A stretch of 64,000 nt of DNA from an uncultured Acidobacteriota bacterium (GTDB lineage Bacteria > Acidobacteriota > Thermoanaerobaculia > UBA5066 > DATFVB01), in the NCBI GenBank assembly GCA_963813155.1, contig CAWEYG010000002.1, positions 820,870 to 884,869 of the forward strand, read 5' to 3'. A model generated the notes under the pieces. That model saw only the letters and a list, made by a program, of their open reading frames with translations, searched no databases and was not told where the DNA came from. Shown here piece after piece: positions 18,901-29,520 of this stretch. Position 1 is the first letter of the stretch; every line of letters begins with the position of its first letter. The translations under genes and the position numbers were made by a program.

Positions 18901-21183
18901 TCATTTCAACAGGGCCGCGGCTTCCGAGATTCCGCGCGCTTCGCGCTCGAGAACTTTCGCGAGCTCGGGAATCTGAGCCTCAGCCAGCTTCCAGTTCTTC
19001 TGCTCGACGGCCTCCCGCACGGCGGGAAGCGTTTTCACGCCGTAACCGGTGTAGAACCCCGGCGCGTAGATCTGGTTCTTGAACCAGGGACGGCCGGGAA
19101 GGCCCGCCTCGGAAAGGAGAAGCCGTTCCAGTCCGAGGATCTTTCCGTTCGCCGCGGCGCTTCCTTTTCCCGCGCGGTCGAACGCCTCGCCGAACTCCCG
19201 GGCGGACCGGGCGAGCGCGAGCGACGCCCTTTCGAGAGGCGCGAAGTCGATCTCGGGAGGAATCGTTTCCGGCTTCGGAAGAACGAGCGGATGGCGAGGG
19301 TCCTCGACGGCGGCGAAGAGGCCTTCCTCGATTTCCCGGTTCCGCTCCTGCGCCCGCGTTCGCGCGGTCTCGAGCTCGTGCTTGATCTCGATGACGTACT
19401 TCGACACCGCATCGGAGAAGTCGACGAATTCGAAGGGCAGAATGTCGGCCGACGCGAGGCGCATGACCGCGGTGGCTCCCGCCTGCGCGAGCGCGCGCCC
19501 GTAGACGAAATCCGTGTCGGAGAAGTGCGTGTACCAGTAGAAGTCGTCGTAGATCGAGTGGTAGACGCCGTCGCTGGTGTCCTCGCCGGCGAAGCGAAGG
19601 TCTGCCGACGCGATCCCGAGGTGGTCGAGAAAAACGGTGTAGTCCGACCCGGATCCGAGCGGCTCGGCGGGAGTGTCGCCCCGGGCGCGCACTTTCTGCG
19701 GATCAGGTTTCTCCTCGTATTCGCGCCCGCGCCTCGCCCGCGTTTCGGGGTCGGGATCCGCCGCGGCCCGCACGTCGTGCGCCAGCAGCCGCTGCGCGAC
19801 CGAGACGCGCGCTTCCGGATCTTCCACCGACATGGCCACGCCGTCGAAAAACTTCTGCAGCGTCTGCGTCGCGGAGAGCCGCCAGTAGCCGCGCCCGCTG
19901 TTGTCGGTATTGATGTAGGCGACCGCCTTCTTCGAAAGCTCGTCGGCGTGCGTCTCGGCCCATTCGGTCGAGCCGAGCAGGCCCGGCTCCTCTCCGTCCC
20001 AGGCGCAATAGAGAATCGTTCTCCGGGGCCTCCAGCCCTTCTTCCACAACTCTCCGAGCTGCCGCGCCTCCTCGAGCATGGCCGAAAGGCCCGAAATCGG
20101 ATCGTCGGCGCCGTTGACCCAGGCGTCGTGGTGATTTCCGCGGATGACCCACTGGTCCGGAGACGCGGTTCCGGCGAGCTTCGCGACGACGTCCCGGATC
20201 GGGCGGATCTCCCAGTTGAATTTCGCGAGGAGATGGACTTTCGAGGAGCCTGGTCCCACGTGGTACGCGAAGGGAAGCGCGCCCCTCCATCTCTCGGGAG
20301 CCATCGGCCCGGAGAGATGGCGAAGGAGCGGCTCTGCGTCCGCCGCGGAAATCGGCAGCACGGGAATCTTCGTGAGCGTCGCCGCCTGGCTCAGGGGCAG
20401 CCTCGGCGCGCCGGGGACCGATCCCGTGCCGGGCGTCCCGGGATCGCCCGGGTAAAGCGGCATGTCGGCGACGCTCCCCCTCTGAACCCCGTCGGCGGGA
20501 CGGAACGCTCCGCCGGGAAACGCGTCGCCTTCGAAATACCCGTCCCCGCGCGGGTCCGAATAGATGAGGCAGCCGACGGCGCCGTGCTCGGCCGCGACTT
20601 TCGGTTTGATTCCGCGCCAGGAGCCTCCGTAGCGCGCGATCACGATCTTTCCGCGAACCGAGATGCCGAGACGGTCGAGCTCTTCATAGTCGTCGGGAAC
20701 GCCGTAGTTCACGTAGACGAGCGGCGCTGTCACGTCGCCGTCGATGGAATAGACGTTGTAGGTCGGAAGCTGCTCGGATTTCTGACCCGAAGTCGGGTCC
20801 TGAGGAATCGCCGGCTCTTCAAGCTTCGCCGTGAAGCGGACCGGCTCCAGAAGCTCGACCTGCCGCTCTTTCGGCGTCGGAAAGAGAACGTCGAAAGTCT
20901 CGATCCGGGCGTCCCACCCCCATTCCCGAAAACGGGCCAGCATCCATTCCGCGTTGCGGCGCCCCTGTTCCGATCCCACGTGGTGGGGCCTGGCGGAGAG
21001 TGTCTCCATGTTCGAGCGGATTCGCGACGGTTCGATTCCCGCGCGAAGATCGCGTTCCCACCGCTCCTGCTCGGCGACCGACGCCGGAAGAAAGCCCCGG
21101 ATCCCCGGACCCGAAGACGACGGGGGCGCGGCCCCGATCCCGGCCGCCGCCAACGCGAGCACCAACCACCCTCGATGGGTCAT
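18901..21183 (-). CDS. M28 family peptidase (glutamate carboxypeptidase II / transferrin-receptor-like)
   Basis: Signal peptide, PA domain (YVNYG, IARYG..WRGIK), GNHHDAW, GADDPISG, WDGEEPGLLGSTEW, GSGSDY, YHSIYD. Confidence 0.92.
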   Translation of the reverse strand: MTHRGWLVLALAAAGIGAAPPSSSGPGIRGFLPASVAEQERWERDLRAGIEPSRIRSNMETLSARPHHVGSEQGRRNAEWMLARFREWGWDARIETFDVLFPTPKERQVELLEPVRFTAKLEEPAIPQDPTSGQKSEQLPTYNVYSIDGDVTAPLVYVNYGVPDDYEELDRLGISVRGKIVIARYGGSWRGIKPKVAAEHGAVGCLIYSDPRGDGYFEGDAFPGGAFRPADGVQRGSVADMPLYPGDPGTPGTGSVPGAPRLPLSQAATLTKIPVLPISAADAEPLLRHLSGPMAPERWRGALPFAYHVGPGSSKVHLLAKFNWEIRPIRDVVAKLAGTASPDQWVIRGNHHDAWVNGADDPISGLSAMLEEARQLGELWKKGWRPRRTILYCAWDGEEPGLLGSTEWAETHADELSKKAVAYINTDNSGRGYWRLSATQTLQKFFDGVAMSVEDPEARVSVAQRLLAHDVRAAADPDPETRARRGREYEEKPDPQKVRARGDTPAEPLGSGSDYTVFLDHLGIASADLRFAGEDTSDGVYHSIYDDFYWYTHFSDTDFVYGRALAQAGATAVMRLASADILPFEFVDFSDAVSKYVIEIKHELETARTRAQERNREIEEGLFAAVEDPRHPLVLPKPETIPPEIDFAPLERASLALARSAREFGEAFDRAGKGSAAANGKILGLERLLLSEAGLPGRPWFKNQIYAPGFYTGYGVKTLPAVREAVEQKNWKLAEAQIPELAKVLEREARGISEAAALLK

Positions 21184-23646
21184 GAGATTCCCTCCCTCTT
21201 TTTCCTCTCGCCGATCCGGCGGATCGCCGAGTCGACTTCTTCCCGCAACAACGGACTGCGTTCGGCCGCGAGACGCAGGGCCGGCACCGCCCGGTCCCGT
21301 TTCAGCTCGCCGAGCGCCCGAACGGCCTGGGTCTGCGCCAGCAGGTCGGTGTCGGCGAGCGTTTTCTCCAGAGTCTTCTCCGCGTCGGTGTCGCTCTTCG
21401 GGAGCCTTCCGAGAGCCGCGATCGCGGCCAGGCGCGTCGATTCCGGCTGATCGGGCGAGCAGGCTTTCACGATCTGCTCCCGGCTCTCCCGGCTCCCGAT
21501 CGCGGCGAGGCCCGCGAGGATTCCGCGCCGGGCCGCGCGTTCCCCGCGAACCGCGAGCGCCCGCGAGAGGACGGAGTACGCGTCGGGCGCGCGCAGTTTC
21601 CCGATCGCTTCGGCGGCCGCCCCAGCGACCGAGCCGGACGGGTCGGTTTCGAGGACGCGGGCGAGCGTCCCGGCCGCGTCTCCCGCGCGGCGGCACCCCG
21701 CCAGGGAGCCCGCGGCGGCGCTGCGAACGCGGGAGTCCGTGTCGGCCAGCCCGCGGCGGAGCGCGTCGGAGGCGACCGGATCGCAGAAGTCTTCCAGCAG
21801 CTCGGCCGCCGCGGCTCGAGCTCCGTACGAAGGGTCGCCCGACTCGATCGTCGGCGAGGTCCCGGGCAGTCCCGGAATCGGCAAAACGCCTCGCGAGCTC
21901 GCCGGCCGCCCAGATGCGGCCCGTCACATCGGGATCTTCGCGGGCCTGCTCCCTCAACTCCTCGCGAGACTTCTCGAAGCGGACGAGCTTCAGCACGCGA
22001 TTCCCCGGATCGAACCGGACGAGCTTCGGCGCCCGGCCGGCCGGAAACGAGAACTCCTCGCGCCGGTTTCGAAGCTCGAGCCGGTGCGCCTCGAATCCGG
22101 ACGGCGTCTCGAAATCCAGATCCACCGGCATCGAGAAAAGGGGTGCGCCCCGGGACGCTTCCTGCACCTGGTCGACGGTCACCCGCAAGAGATGCCGCTG
22201 CGCATCGTACGAGGAAGAAACCGCGTATTCGGGATATCCCGCGGAGCGAACCCACTCGTCGAAGAACCCACCGAGCCCGCGCCCCGACGCCTGTTCCATG
22301 GCCTTCTGAAGATCGCCCGTCGCGACGTTTTTCCCGGCGTTGGTTCGAAGGTAGATTCCGAGCCCGCGGAAAAAATCGCGATCGCCGACCGTCGAGCGAA
22401 GCATCGCCAGCACCCAGTTGCCCTTGTCGTAGGCGACCCGGTCGAAAAGCTCGCTCGAGTCGAAATACGAGGTCGCGACGAGCGGACGGCGGTAACGCGT
22501 CCGGTCTTCTTCGATGAACGCGTGCTCGGCTTCGAGCATCTCCAGCCGGTACTCGTCTTCCCCGCGGCTGTGTTCGGTCCACAGGCCCGCGGCGAAGTCG
22601 GCGAACGCCTCGTTCAGCCACACCTCGGACCAGGCCCCGCACGTAACCAGGTCGCCGAACCACTGGTGCGCGAGCTCGTGCGCGAGGAGGTTTTCGCTGT
22701 TCTCTTCCGGCTCGGCTTCCACGCCGTGAAAGAGCTGCTCGCCGAGCGTCGTCGCGCCGATGTTCTCCATGCCGTCGAAAAACTCCTCGACGGCGGTCTG
22801 GCTGTACCGCGGGAACGGGTATTCGACGCCGAACTCGCGCGAAAAGAACTCCAGCATGTCGCCGGTTCGCCCCAGGGAACGCGTCGCTGTCTCGCGATCG
22901 ACCCACGGCGGAACGAAATACGAGAGCGCGACGCCCCCGCGAGTCTCCGAGAGCTCGGTGAACGTCCCGACGACGATCGAGGTGAGATACGCGGCGTGCG
23001 GCTGATCGATCTTCCAGTGGAACGTCCGCGTCTTCGACCCGGGGTGGACCTCGACGCCGAGCAGGCGGCCGTTGGAGATGAGCGTTTCCGGTTCGCGAAC
23101 CGTTCCGGTCACCTCGGTGCTCGCGAGATCGTCGGGCCGATCCTGGCACGGGAACCAGAAATGGTTGTCGGTCTGCTCGCCCTGGGACCAGATCTGGGCG
23201 GTCTTTCGAGACCCCGGCCCTCCGGCTCGCACGAAGTGGAGGCCCCGTTTGGGGAACGCTCGGTAGTCGATCCGGAGGCGGCGCGTTCGGCCCGGCTCCA
23301 GCTCGGTTCCGAGATCGATCGAAAGCGTCGTCGGGAGCGTCTCGAACCGCAGCCGCTTTCCCGGCTCCTCCTCGACGGAGCTCACCTGCAGCCCTTCCGC
23401 GTCGAGCGCGAGGAAGCGAAGCGGGCGTTCCAGCGCCTCGAACTCGATCGTCTCGCTGCCGACTACCCCGCCCGCGTCTTCGTCGAAAGAGAGCGCGAGC
23501 GCGTAGTGCAGGACGTGGAAAGACTTCGGCGTCCTCGCCTCGGCCGGCGCGCCCGCGTCGAAAGCGCGCGGAAAGGACCCGCTCGGAGCGTTCCCGGGAG
23601 TCGAGCAGCCGAGCGCGAGAAAGAGAAGAATCGAGAAGCTCTTCAT
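21180..23646 (-). CDS. M1 family aminopeptidase with C-terminal HEAT repeats; apparent +1 frameshift at ~21855
   Basis: GMEN, HELAHQWFGD..WLNE, YDKG motifs; HEAT repeats continue in ORF 21180..21884; lipobox LALGC. Confidence 0.88.
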
Positions 23647-23725
23647 CGGACGAAGAGGCAAGCATAAGGGATTCCCGGCAACAATCAGAGTGACAAGGAT
23701 CTCCTGGCCGCGCGTCTCTACTGAC

Positions 23726-24331
23726 ATGATTGCCGCAATGGGCACCGTTCCCGGGAACCGAGCGCCGTTTGCGGGCTTGGCTGCAGCCGAGCTCGCGACA
23801 GCGGAGGATTTCTGGAAGAACCTCTTCATCGAGCTGGGGGAGGCACGGGCTCACTCGGTGGAGACTCTCTATGACGCCTGCTCCCGGCAGGTTTTTGGCC
23901 TCGCTCTCTGGCGGACAGGCTCAATCGAAGATGCCAGCGACGTCGTGCAGGAACTCATCCTGCGCGTCATCGAGCGTCGACAGGATCTTCGAAAGGTCTC
24001 GAAGCCGCGATCCTGGCTTCTTTCCGTCGCCCACCGGCTCGCGATCGACGTCGGGAGACGAAGGCGAAGGAGTCGGAGTGATCCCCTGGAGGCGTGTCCC
24101 TTGCTCATCGCGCCCCAGGACGATCCTGCTCGCGCAATCGACGCCGCGAATGCGTCACGGTACCTTTCGACCCTTCCGCCGAAACAGCGCGCGGCAATCT
24201 ACTTACACCACTATGCCGACTGCACGTTTCAGGCGATCGGCGAGATTACCGGTGTGCCGACTTTCACGGCCGCGAGCCGGTATCGACTCGGGATTTCAAA
24301 ACTGCGCAAACTCATGGGAGAAGAAAAATGA
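23726..24331 (+). CDS. ECF RNA polymerase sigma factor
   Basis: DASDVVQE, SWLLSVAHRLAID (region 2), LPPKQRAAIYL...IGEITGVPTFTAASRYRLG (region 4); start uncertain. Confidence 0.88.
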   Translation: MIAAMGTVPGNRAPFAGLAAAELATAEDFWKNLFIELGEARAHSVETLYDACSRQVFGLALWRTGSIEDASDVVQELILRVIERRQDLRKVSKPRSWLLSVAHRLAIDVGRRRRRSRSDPLEACPLLIAPQDDPARAIDAANASRYLSTLPPKQRAAIYLHHYADCTFQAIGEITGVPTFTAASRYRLGISKLRKLMGEEK

Positions 24332-24720
24332 GTGACGATCGCGAATTCTTCGACGGGTTCGGCATTCCTTCTCCGCCCGAGGGGCTTCGTTTGCGCGTGC
24401 TCGCCGAGGTTGGCCCGGTACTCGCGCGAGAGCCCCGCGGCCGCTGGACCCGAATCTGGGAGAGTCGACCGCTGAGGATCGCCTGGGCGGCCGCAGTCGT
24501 TCTTCTTGCGGGAGGCCACCTCGCACTCTCGTTCAAGCCCGGGCGCCGTGCCGCGCCCTCCGCATCGACTTCGGCTGAGCTCGCGCGCGCGACAGCCCTT
24601 CCGAGGGTCGATCCGCAATCCGAGAATTGGACCGAACTGGAAGACGAGGAGTGGATCGAGCGGGCCGAACGCCCCCGCCACGCGGTGCCGCCCGCGGCCC
24701 GAAAGGAGAAAACGTCATGA
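24328..24720 (+). CDS. Putative anti-sigma factor, single TM segment
   Basis: ATGA overlap with sigma; PPEGLRLRVL and TM segment IAWAAAVVLLAGGHLAL. Confidence 0.6.
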   Translation: MSDDREFFDGFGIPSPPEGLRLRVLAEVGPVLAREPRGRWTRIWESRPLRIAWAAAVVLLAGGHLALSFKPGRRAAPSASTSAELARATALPRVDPQSENWTELEDEEWIERAERPRHAVPPAARKEKTS

Positions 24721-25823
24721 ATTCCGTTGATCGCTCTTCGCGGCGGAAGATCTTCGCCGCCCTGTCGCCGGTCGTTCTGCTCGTTGTCTTCCTCGGCATC
24801 CGGATCGCATCGCGGTCCAGGATCGCAGAGGGGCATCCCCTCGCAATCGGGGCCGCCGTCGTGCCTCCGCCCAAACCGATTGACCTCGAGGCGCTTTCCT
24901 TTCCCTGCTGGGCATGTTCTTCCGATTCAGACTCCTGGCCAATCCGGTTCCGGACGAACCTCGACTTGTTGGCTCCCCTGGGAACAGGGACGGAGAACGC
25001 CGCCGCATGGTTTGCGGACTTCGCGAAACCGAAGGGCCCGCGGCGCGCCGAGGCCGAAGCGGCGATGAGCCGACGGACCGACGGTCGGTATGGCCTCGGG
25101 AAAGTCCTTCCTCCGGACGATCCGCTTCTGCGCGAAGCCGAACCCTGGTGCGATCAGTCGACGATGCGTTTCTACCCTGACGTCTTCGCAGCGAAAGGCG
25201 GCGACACGCAGATCACTGACCTGCTCCTCGTGCTCACGTTCGCAAGGTCGTGGGTCGCGCGCGGTGAAGCATCTTCGGATCCGGAGCGGGCAATGGACGA
25301 TTTCCGTCGCGCGATCCGCCTCGGCCGGCTGCTCCGGCAGGAGGACGCCATCCTGATTGACGACCTCGTCGGCCTCGCGGCGATTCGCCTCGGCACGGAG
25401 GGAATCTACGACCTCGCGCGCCGTCGCGGGGACACGAAGCTCGCCCTCGCGGCTTCACTCGTGCTGGGCGAGCACACGGCGCAGAGGCTCCGGACCGCCG
25501 AGCGGGCGACGAAGTTCGACGTCAGGCCTTACCTGTCCGGCCCCGACCCGGCGAGCGCCGTCCTTTCGGTGCCGGACTCGAAGCTCGACGAAATCATCGC
25601 AGTTGCCGCCAAGGATCCAGAGCGGCGCTTCCGGTCCGAATCGATCATGACGTTGAACATCGTCCGTTTCCTGGGAACGGTTTCACAACAGGAGAAGGCA
25701 GCCGAGACGCTGAGTGCTCTGGCGAAATCGAAGGACTCGTACACAGCCGCCGCTGCTCAATGGGCGCGAGACACGTATCCGTCACCCGACCGCTTGTCAC
25801 AACTCCTTGCCGTCGCGAAATAG
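24717..25823 (+). CDS. Hypothetical membrane-anchored alpha-helical protein
   Basis: AAGGAG RBS, ATGA overlap, N-terminal TM segment, long helical domain. Confidence 0.7.
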   Translation: MNSVDRSSRRKIFAALSPVVLLVVFLGIRIASRSRIAEGHPLAIGAAVVPPPKPIDLEALSFPCWACSSDSDSWPIRFRTNLDLLAPLGTGTENAAAWFADFAKPKGPRRAEAEAAMSRRTDGRYGLGKVLPPDDPLLREAEPWCDQSTMRFYPDVFAAKGGDTQITDLLLVLTFARSWVARGEASSDPERAMDDFRRAIRLGRLLRQEDAILIDDLVGLAAIRLGTEGIYDLARRRGDTKLALAASLVLGEHTAQRLRTAERATKFDVRPYLSGPDPASAVLSVPDSKLDEIIAVAAKDPERRFRSESIMTLNIVRFLGTVSQQEKAAETLSALAKSKDSYTAAAAQWARDTYPSPDRLSQLLAVAK

Positions 25824-25865
25824 CGCGAGGAGTACCCGAACCGGGCGTGCTATCTTGCCCAACTC

Positions 25866-26969
25866 ATGTTGCGAGCCGGGATCGTCGGACTGCCGAACGT
25901 CGGGAAATCGACGCTCTTCAACGCGTTGACGCGCACGCGGAAGGCGGAGGCGGCGAACTACCCGTTCTGCACGATCGAGCCCAACGTCGGGATCGTGACG
26001 GTGCCCGACGACCGCCTCGAGCCCCTCGCGAAGATCGCGAAGACTTCGGTGATCATTCCCGCGACCGTGGAGTTCGTCGACATCGCGGGCCTCGTCGCCG
26101 GCGCGTCCAAGGGAGAAGGCCTCGGCAACAAGTTCCTCTCCCACATCCGCGAGGTGGACGCGATCGTCGAGGTCGTTCGCTGTTTCGAAGACAAGGACAT
26201 CGTGCACGTCGCGGAGAAGCTCGATCCCGTCGCCGACATCGAGACGATCTCGACCGAGCTCGTCCTCGCGGACCTGGAGACGGTTTCCAAAGCCCTCGAC
26301 AAGGCCGAACGCCTCGCGAAGGGGCAGAACAAGGAAGCGAAAGCGGAGGCGGATCTCTGCCGGAAGCTCTCGGCTCACCTCGACGCGGGCCGGACCGCTG
26401 CCGTCTTCCCGTTCTCGGACGAGGAGCGCGAGATCGCTCGCAAGCTCTTTCTCCTGTCGATCAAGCCGACCCTGTTCGCCTGCAACGTCGCGGAGCACGA
26501 CCTGGCCCGGGCGGACGAAAATCCGTTCGTGCGTTCCGTGCGCGGTTACTGCGCGGCGCACACGAACTCCGAGGCCGTCGTCATCTCCGCGCAGATCGAA
26601 GCGGAGCTCGCGGAGCTTCCTCCTGCCGAGGCCAACGACTACCTCCGCTCCCTCGGCGTCGAGGAGTCCGGAGTCGGCCAGCTGATCCGCGCGGCGTACC
26701 ACCTGCTCGGGCTGCGGACGTACCTGACGGCGGGCGAAAAGGAAGTCCGCGCCTGGACGATCCACGCCGGCGACACGGCTCCGCAGGCCGCGGGCGTCAT
26801 CCACACGGACTTCGAGCGCGGCTTCATCCGGGCCGAGACCGTGTCGTACGACGACCTCGTGGAGGCCGGCTCGATGGCCGCGGCCCGCGACAAGGGGCGC
26901 GTGCGCCAGGAGGGGAAGGATTACGTCGTCGCCGACGGCGACGTGATGCTGTTCAAGTTCAACGTCTGA
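25866..26969 (+). CDS. ychF: Redox-regulated ATPase YchF
   Basis: [57 protein letters not shown]-terminal FKFNV. Confidence 0.97.
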   Translation: MLRAGIVGLPNVGKSTLFNALTRTRKAEAANYPFCTIEPNVGIVTVPDDRLEPLAKIAKTSVIIPATVEFVDIAGLVAGASKGEGLGNKFLSHIREVDAIVEVVRCFEDKDIVHVAEKLDPVADIETISTELVLADLETVSKALDKAERLAKGQNKEAKAEADLCRKLSAHLDAGRTAAVFPFSDEEREIARKLFLLSIKPTLFACNVAEHDLARADENPFVRSVRGYCAAHTNSEAVVISAQIEAELAELPPAEANDYLRSLGVEESGVGQLIRAAYHLLGLRTYLTAGEKEVRAWTIHAGDTAPQAAGVIHTDFERGFIRAETVSYDDLVEAGSMAAARDKGRVRQEGKDYVVADGDVMLFKFNV

Positions 26970-26970
26970 C

Positions 26971-26990
26971 CCGGGGGAAGAATCCCCCGG
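26971..26990 (+). terminator. Short GC hairpin after ychF
   Basis: CCGGGGGA-AGAA-TCCCCCGG; no U-tract. Confidence 0.3.
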
Positions 26991-27048
26991 ACCCCCTCTG
27001 ACCTGGGCGAAAGAAACCCTCGTGCGCAAAGATAAAATCCGAGGACGC

Positions 27049-28266
27049 ATGAGGAAGACTCTCGGCCTTCTCGTCGGTCTTCTGTTCGCTGGAACCCGTC
27101 TCGTTCTGGCAGGGGCGGGAATGGTCGTGCACACGACCGTCCACAGCCCCGCGCTCGCCGGGAATCTGCTCGGCGACTCTCCCGACCGGCCCGTCGCGAT
27201 CTATCTCCCGCCGGGCTACTCGAGCGGCGCGTCCCGCTATCCCGTGATCTATCTGCTCCACGGATTCGGCAGCACGAGCAAGGCCACCGAGGGCTGGACC
27301 CAGGGCCATTGGGCCAACGTGCCCGGGATGATGGATCGCCTCATCGCGGCCGGAAAGATTCGGAAAATGATCGTCGTCATGCCCGACGCCTCCACCCGAC
27401 TAGGCGGCGCTTTTTACACGAACTCGGTCGCGACCGGAAACTGGGAAGACTTCATGGCGCAGGACCTCGTGAGCTCCGTCGACGCCCGGTACCGAACAAT
27501 CCGGCGTTCGTCAGGCCGCGGCATCGCCGGCCATTCGATGGGCGGCTACGGCGCCCTCAAACTCGCCATGAAACACCCGGACGTTTATGGCGCCGTGTAT
27601 GGCCTGAGCGCGTGTTGCATGGAATGGAGCGGCGAGATATCCGCCTCAAACCCCGCGTGGGACAAGACCGCCGGCTTCCAGACTCTGGACGACGTGGCCG
27701 CGGCGCGACGTTTCATCGCCGCAAGCGGCCACGACTTCAAGAACCCGGAGGTTCCGCGGGCGTTCCTGTCCCTCGTGTTCGTGGCGTTGTCCGCCGCCTG
27801 GTCGCCCGACCCCGGGCGCCCCCCCTTCTACGCGGATCTGCTCGTCGAAGGCAGCGGCGACGCCCGCAGGGTTTCGGAGACGCGGCAGGCCCTGTGGTCG
27901 GCGAACATGCCCGTCGCGATGCTCGACCAGTACCGGTCGAATCTCGCCCGGCTTCGCGTCATCGCCTTCGACGTGGGCAGCCAGGACGAACATTCCGATA
28001 TCCGGGCCGGCGCTCGCGATTTCGATGCGGGCCTCACCCGCAACGGCATTCCTCACCAGTTCGAAGAGTACGAGGGGACTCACATGAACAGAATCGGGGA
28101 GCGGCTGGAAACCCGGGCTCTGCCGTTCCTCTCTCGCGCCCTCATCGCCGGCGCCGCATCCCGAAATACACGGGAACGCCCGCCGCCAGGATCGCAAGTC
28201 CCGCGAGCGTCTCCCGGGGCTGGTTCCACATCGTCGCGACCGCGACGGCAAGCGAGCTCCCGATGA
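27049..28266 (+). CDS. Secreted esterase (alpha/beta hydrolase)
   Basis: IYLPPGY, YPVIYLLHG, GHSMGG nucleophile elbow, D and GTH triad candidates; last ~40 aa overlap the convergent gene. Confidence 0.88.
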   Translation: MRKTLGLLVGLLFAGTRLVLAGAGMVVHTTVHSPALAGNLLGDSPDRPVAIYLPPGYSSGASRYPVIYLLHGFGSTSKATEGWTQGHWANVPGMMDRLIAAGKIRKMIVVMPDASTRLGGAFYTNSVATGNWEDFMAQDLVSSVDARYRTIRRSSGRGIAGHSMGGYGALKLAMKHPDVYGAVYGLSACCMEWSGEISASNPAWDKTAGFQTLDDVAAARRFIAASGHDFKNPEVPRAFLSLVFVALSAAWSPDPGRPPFYADLLVEGSGDARRVSETRQALWSANMPVAMLDQYRSNLARLRVIAFDVGSQDEHSDIRAGARDFDAGLTRNGIPHQFEEYEGTHMNRIGERLETRALPFLSRALIAGAASRNTRERPPPGSQVPRASPGAGSTSSRPRRQASSR

Positions 28267-29494
28267 AGATCACGGGAGTCCAGGGATATCCCCAGCAGCG
28301 ATAGGGGCGTTCGGCCTCCGGGCGCTTGATCCGGAAGACGAAAAGCGAGACTCCCGCCGCGACGTAGGCGAGGATGATCGCAAACGTCGCATAGGTGAAG
28401 AGCTGCTCGTATCGCCCCGAGAGGCACAGGATCGACGTCCACGCCGCGAAGATCGCGATCGACAGGGCCGGCGTCCGGAACCGCGGGTGGACGCGCCCGA
28501 ATTTCGCGGGAAGAAGCCCGTCGCGCGCCATCGCGTAGGCGATCCGGGCGGGGGGCACGACCGCCGCCGAAGCGGCCCCGATCGCCATGGCGACGATCGC
28601 CCCCGACAGCAGAAGCGTCGCTCCCGCGCCGAAAAGCGCGAGCGAGGCGACCTGCGCCGGCCGGGCCGCGGCGCCGAGCCCGGCAACGGACATCGTCTTC
28701 AAGTACGCGACGTTCACGCCGAGGTAGAGCGCGATCACGATCCCGGTTCCCGAGATCACGCCGAGCGGAATGTTGCGCCGGGGGCGCTCGACTTCGCCCG
28801 AGGCCGTCAACGCTTCGGTCCATCCCGCGTAGCTGAACAGGACGGCGATCATCGCGCCGGTGAACGCCCCGGCCGGGACCGGGCGGGGCGGAGAGGCCTG
28901 TGCCATGCCGTGCGCCGCGACTCCGGCGATCGCGAGCGCGGCCATCGCGACGATGATCACCGACGAGAAGGCTCCCTGGATGCGGACCCCTTCCCGCACG
29001 CCGAAAACGTGCGTCGCCGACAGGACCGCCACCGCGCCGATCGCCACGACCTGCCCGGTCGAGATCGACAGGGAACCGGCGCGAAAGGCGACGACGTGAG
29101 CTCCGATCCGGGGAAAGAAGACGCCGATGTACTCCGCCAGGCCCACGCTGATTGCCGCCATCGCGCCCGTGTCGATGACGAAACAGGCGATCCACCCGTA
29201 GAGAAACGCCGTGAAATCGCCGTAGGCCTCGCGAAAATACGTGTACATTCCGCCCGCCTCGGGGAACATCCCGCCGAGCTCCGCGTAGACGAGTCCGCCG
29301 GCGATCGTGAGCACCCCGCCCGTGATCCACGCCGCAAGGATCCATCGCACGTCGGGAATCCGGCGGGCGATCGCGGCCGGCGTGAGAAAGATTCCGCCGC
29401 CGATCGTCGTGCCGGCCGCAAGCAGCATGAGGTCCCAGGCGCCGAGCCGGCGGGCGAGGCCTTTCGAGGGTTCGGTTCCTGCGGCCGGCATCAT
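28142..29494 (-). CDS. APC family amino acid permease
   Basis: GTTIGGGIF, YAELG.MFPEAGGMY, FSYAGW, EVERPRRNIP, MARDG, RPYRCWGYP. Confidence 0.92.
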   Translation of the reverse strand: MMPAAGTEPSKGLARRLGAWDLMLLAAGTTIGGGIFLTPAAIARRIPDVRWILAAWITGGVLTIAGGLVYAELGGMFPEAGGMYTYFREAYGDFTAFLYGWIACFVIDTGAMAAISVGLAEYIGVFFPRIGAHVVAFRAGSLSISTGQVVAIGAVAVLSATHVFGVREGVRIQGAFSSVIIVAMAALAIAGVAAHGMAQASPPRPVPAGAFTGAMIAVLFSYAGWTEALTASGEVERPRRNIPLGVISGTGIVIALYLGVNVAYLKTMSVAGLGAAARPAQVASLALFGAGATLLLSGAIVAMAIGAASAAVVPPARIAYAMARDGLLPAKFGRVHPRFRTPALSIAIFAAWTSILCLSGRYEQLFTYATFAIILAYVAAGVSLFVFRIKRPEAERPYRCWGYPWTPVIFIGSSLAVAVATMWNQPRETLAGLAILAAGVPVYFGMRRRR

Positions 29495-29520
29495 GGGTTT
29501 CCTGTATCCTAATCGCAGAG

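Noticed and set aside
18901-23829. 1642-aa M1-M28 fusion peptidase in the ORF track
   Set aside because: A 1-nt frameshift at ~21855 joins two genes; the M1 HEAT tail continues in another frame, and the M28 gene has its own RBS, ATG and signal peptide at 21183.
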